Source: Thermoanaerobaculia bacterium (GTDB taxonomy: Bacteria > Acidobacteriota > Thermoanaerobaculia > UBA5066 > Gp7-AA6). Taken from it: DNA of 42,142 nucleotides. The stretch is from the NCBI GenBank assembly GCA_035259605.1, contig DATFWF010000056.1, positions 1 to 42,142 on the forward strand, read 5' to 3'. Every line of letters starts with the position of its first letter. Position 1 is the stretch's first letter. The position numbers and the translations under genes are program-made. Positions 40,295 through 42,142 of the stretch are shown piece after piece. Below the pieces are notes generated by a model, which was not told the origin of the DNA, ran no database searches, and saw only the letters and a list, made by a program, of their open reading frames with translations.

Positions 40295-42142
40295 TCAGAC
40301 CGCCTCGGACAGCTCGGGAAGCTCCGGCTGCGGACGGACTTCGGCGGCGGTCGTGGCCGCCGGGCGGTGAGTCTTCGCGACGAGCACGTAGATCGCGGGC
40401 ACGACGAAGAGGGTGAAGACCGAGCCGATGATCATCCCGGTGACGAGCATCATGCCGATCGAGTTGCGCGCCCCCGCTCCCGGCCCGGTGGCGAAGACCA
40501 GCGGGAAGTGCCCCATGACCGTAGCGGACGTCGTCATCAGGATCGGCCGCAGCCGTGTCTCCGCGGCCTCGATGACCGCGTGGAGCTTGTCGAGCCCCTT
40601 CTCCTCCTGGAGGTTGTTGGCGAACTCGACGATCAGGATCCCGTTCTTCGCGACGAGTCCCACGAGCGTGATCAGGCCGACCTGGCTGTAGATGTTGAGC
40701 GTCGTGAAGCCCAGGAACGAGAAGAGCAGCGCGCCCGACAGCGCGAGCGGAACCGAGCCCGCGAGCACGATGAAGGGATCCCGGAAGCTCTCGAACTGCG
40801 CCGCGAGCACCAGGTAGATCAGGATGGCCGAGAGCAGGAACGTGCCGAGAAACTTGCCGCCCTCCGTGCGTAGCTGCCGCGATTCGCCGGCGTAGTCCAC
40901 CGTGAACCCCTTGGGCAGGCTCTTCGCGGCCTCCTCCTCGAGGACCTTCAGGGCGCGGTCGAGCGGGACGCCCGGAGGGATGACGCCCTGGATGCGGACG
41001 GCGTTTAGCTGCTGGAAGCGCTTGAGCTCCCGCGGCTCGGTGGTCGCCTTGAGCGACGCGAAGGTCGAGAGCGGGACGAGCTTGTTGTCGGCGCCGGTGA
41101 CGTAGATCTGCTCGAGCTGCTCGGGCGTCAGGCGCTCGGCCCGCTTGATCTGGGGAATGACCTTGTAGCTGCGACCCTGGATCGAGAAGCGGTTGACGTA
41201 GTCGCCGCCCAGCATCGTCGAAAGGTCCCGGCCCGCCTGCCCGAGGTCCACCCCCTGGGACCGCAGCTTGTCGCGGTCGAAGACGACCTCGGTCTGCGGC
41301 TGGTCGAACTTCAGGTCCGAGTCGGCGAACATGAAGATGCCGCTCTGAAACGCCTTGCCGACGAGGTTGTTGGCGAACTCCGTCAGGCGCTCCGGCTCGG
41401 CGGTCGAGGCGACGACGAAGTCCACCGGGAAGTCGCCGCCCCCGGGCAGCGCTGGAGGGATCAACGTAATGACGCGGACGCCCGGGATTGTCGATGACCT
41501 GCCGGCTGCCTCGACCTGGAGCTGCAGCGTGGTCTTTTTTCGCTGGCTCCAGGGCTTGGTGACCATGCCTCCGAACCCGCCGTTGGGCGCCGTGATCTGG
41601 AAGATGCTGTCGGCTTCCGGGAAGGACCGATAGACGTCGTGGACCTGCTCGGCGAAGAGCTTGGTCTGGTCGATGGTCGCGTTGGGCGCGGCCTGGAGAA
41701 CGCCGAAGACGACGCTCTGGTCTTCGTGGGGCGCGAGCTCTCGCTGGGAGAACATGTAGAAGGGGATGATGAGCAGGGTGACGATCACCCACAGGACGTA
41801 CACGACCGGCCGGTAGCTCAGGGTCCCGGCCAGGAGGCGTCCGTAGAGGCTCCGGATCTTCTCGAACCGACGGTTCACGATGCCGGCGAAGCCGTGCTCC
41901 GAGCCACCGGCTTTCAGAAGCCTCGAGCCCATCATCGGGGACAGGGTCAGCGCGACGACGCCGGAGATGATCACGGCGCCCGCCAGCGTGAAGGCGAACT
42001 CGCGGAAGAGGGCGCCGGTCAGGCCTCCCTGGATCCCGATCGGCGCGTACACCGCGGCGAGCGTGATCGTCATGGCGATGATCGGGCCCCGCAGCTCGCG
42101 CGCCGCGCGGATCGCCGCGTCGAACGGTTTCTCGCCCAGGTG
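40295..42142 (-). CDS. RND-family (AcrB/HAE1-like) efflux transporter permease, C-terminal ~615 aa; the 5' end lies outside the window
   Basis: The frame stays open to the window edge (HLGEKPFDAAIRAARELRGPIIAMTITLAAVYAPIG...). The porter/docking subdomains are followed by the TM7-12 bundle (...FLLSAILIYLVLAAQFESFRDPFIVL...ILMTTSATVMGHFPLV...). Confidence 0.9.
   Translation of the reverse strand, partial: HLGEKPFDAAIRAARELRGPIIAMTITLAAVYAPIGIQGGLTGALFREFAFTLAGAVIISGVVALTLSPMMGSRLLKAGGSEHGFAGIVNRRFEKIRSLYGRLLAGTLSYRPVVYVLWVIVTLLIIPFYMFSQRELAPHEDQSVVFGVLQAAPNATIDQTKLFAEQVHDVYRSFPEADSIFQITAPNGGFGGMVTKPWSQRKKTTLQLQVEAAGRSSTIPGVRVITLIPPALPGGGDFPVDFVVASTAEPERLTEFANNLVGKAFQSGIFMFADSDLKFDQPQTEVVFDRDKLRSQGVDLGQAGRDLSTMLGGDYVNRFSIQGRSYKVIPQIKRAERLTPEQLEQIYVTGADNKLVPLSTFASLKATTEPRELKRFQQLNAVRIQGVIPPGVPLDRALKVLEEEAAKSLPKGFTVDYAGESRQLRTEGGKFLGTFLLSAILIYLVLAAQFESFRDPFIVLAGSVPLALSGALLFSFLGFTTLNIYSQVGLITLVGLVAKNGILIVEFANNLQEEKGLDKLHAVIEAAETRLRPILMTTSATVMGHFPLVFATGPGAGARNSIGMMLVTGMIIGSVFTLFVVPAIYVLVAKTHRPAATTAAEVRPQPELPELSEAV

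Noticed and set aside
1-42142. Mobile elements, CRISPR arrays, tRNA/rRNA genes and classical defence or toxin-antitoxin modules
   Set aside because: Reading all intergenic regions and ORFs by eye, I found no transposase, integrase or recombinase motifs, no regularly spaced direct repeats, no tRNA-like T-arm sequences, and no small paired ORFs of TA type. Absence by eye is not proof.

Overview
High-GC chromosomal segment in which real genes show a strong G/C third-position bias and both strands carry long Arg/Gly/Pro-rich shadow ORFs. I call about 33 protein genes. I saw no rRNA, tRNA, CRISPR array, transposase or integrase. Gene content points by inference to an Acidobacteriota-like diderm: a PadR regulator coupled to an ADOP-type duplicated FtsX permease, a TIGR03118-like propeller, a BBP7-type outer-membrane barrel, an IPTL-CTERM-like tail, and Ser/Thr kinases with TolB-like propellers.

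The window is mostly housekeeping and envelope genes, but several things deserve a second look:
1. A Bcp peroxiredoxin has an in-frame TGA exactly at the peroxidatic Cys, with SECIS-like hairpins downstream, so it is a candidate selenoprotein. It sits in a bcp-sthA-prx unit closed by a strong terminator.
2. A two-gene unit under a near-consensus promoter encodes a 795-aa, 30-Cys secreted protein with thaumatin/GH64-like motifs and a BBP7 barrel. This is my best candidate for an undescribed envelope system.
3. A family of Cys-stapled SLH-like anchoring modules occurs in four genes, including a duplicated 328-aa C-terminal cassette.
4. A cytoplasmic Ser/Thr kinase is fused to a LigA-like BRCT domain, close to a stand-alone 5'-3' exonuclease.
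5. An alpha/beta hydrolase has no ATG, GTG or TTG start available, so an ATT or ATC start after a GGAGG is implied.
6. Two genes look leaderless, with inverted repeats over their promoters.

All functional calls come from motif reading by eye. No database search was run.
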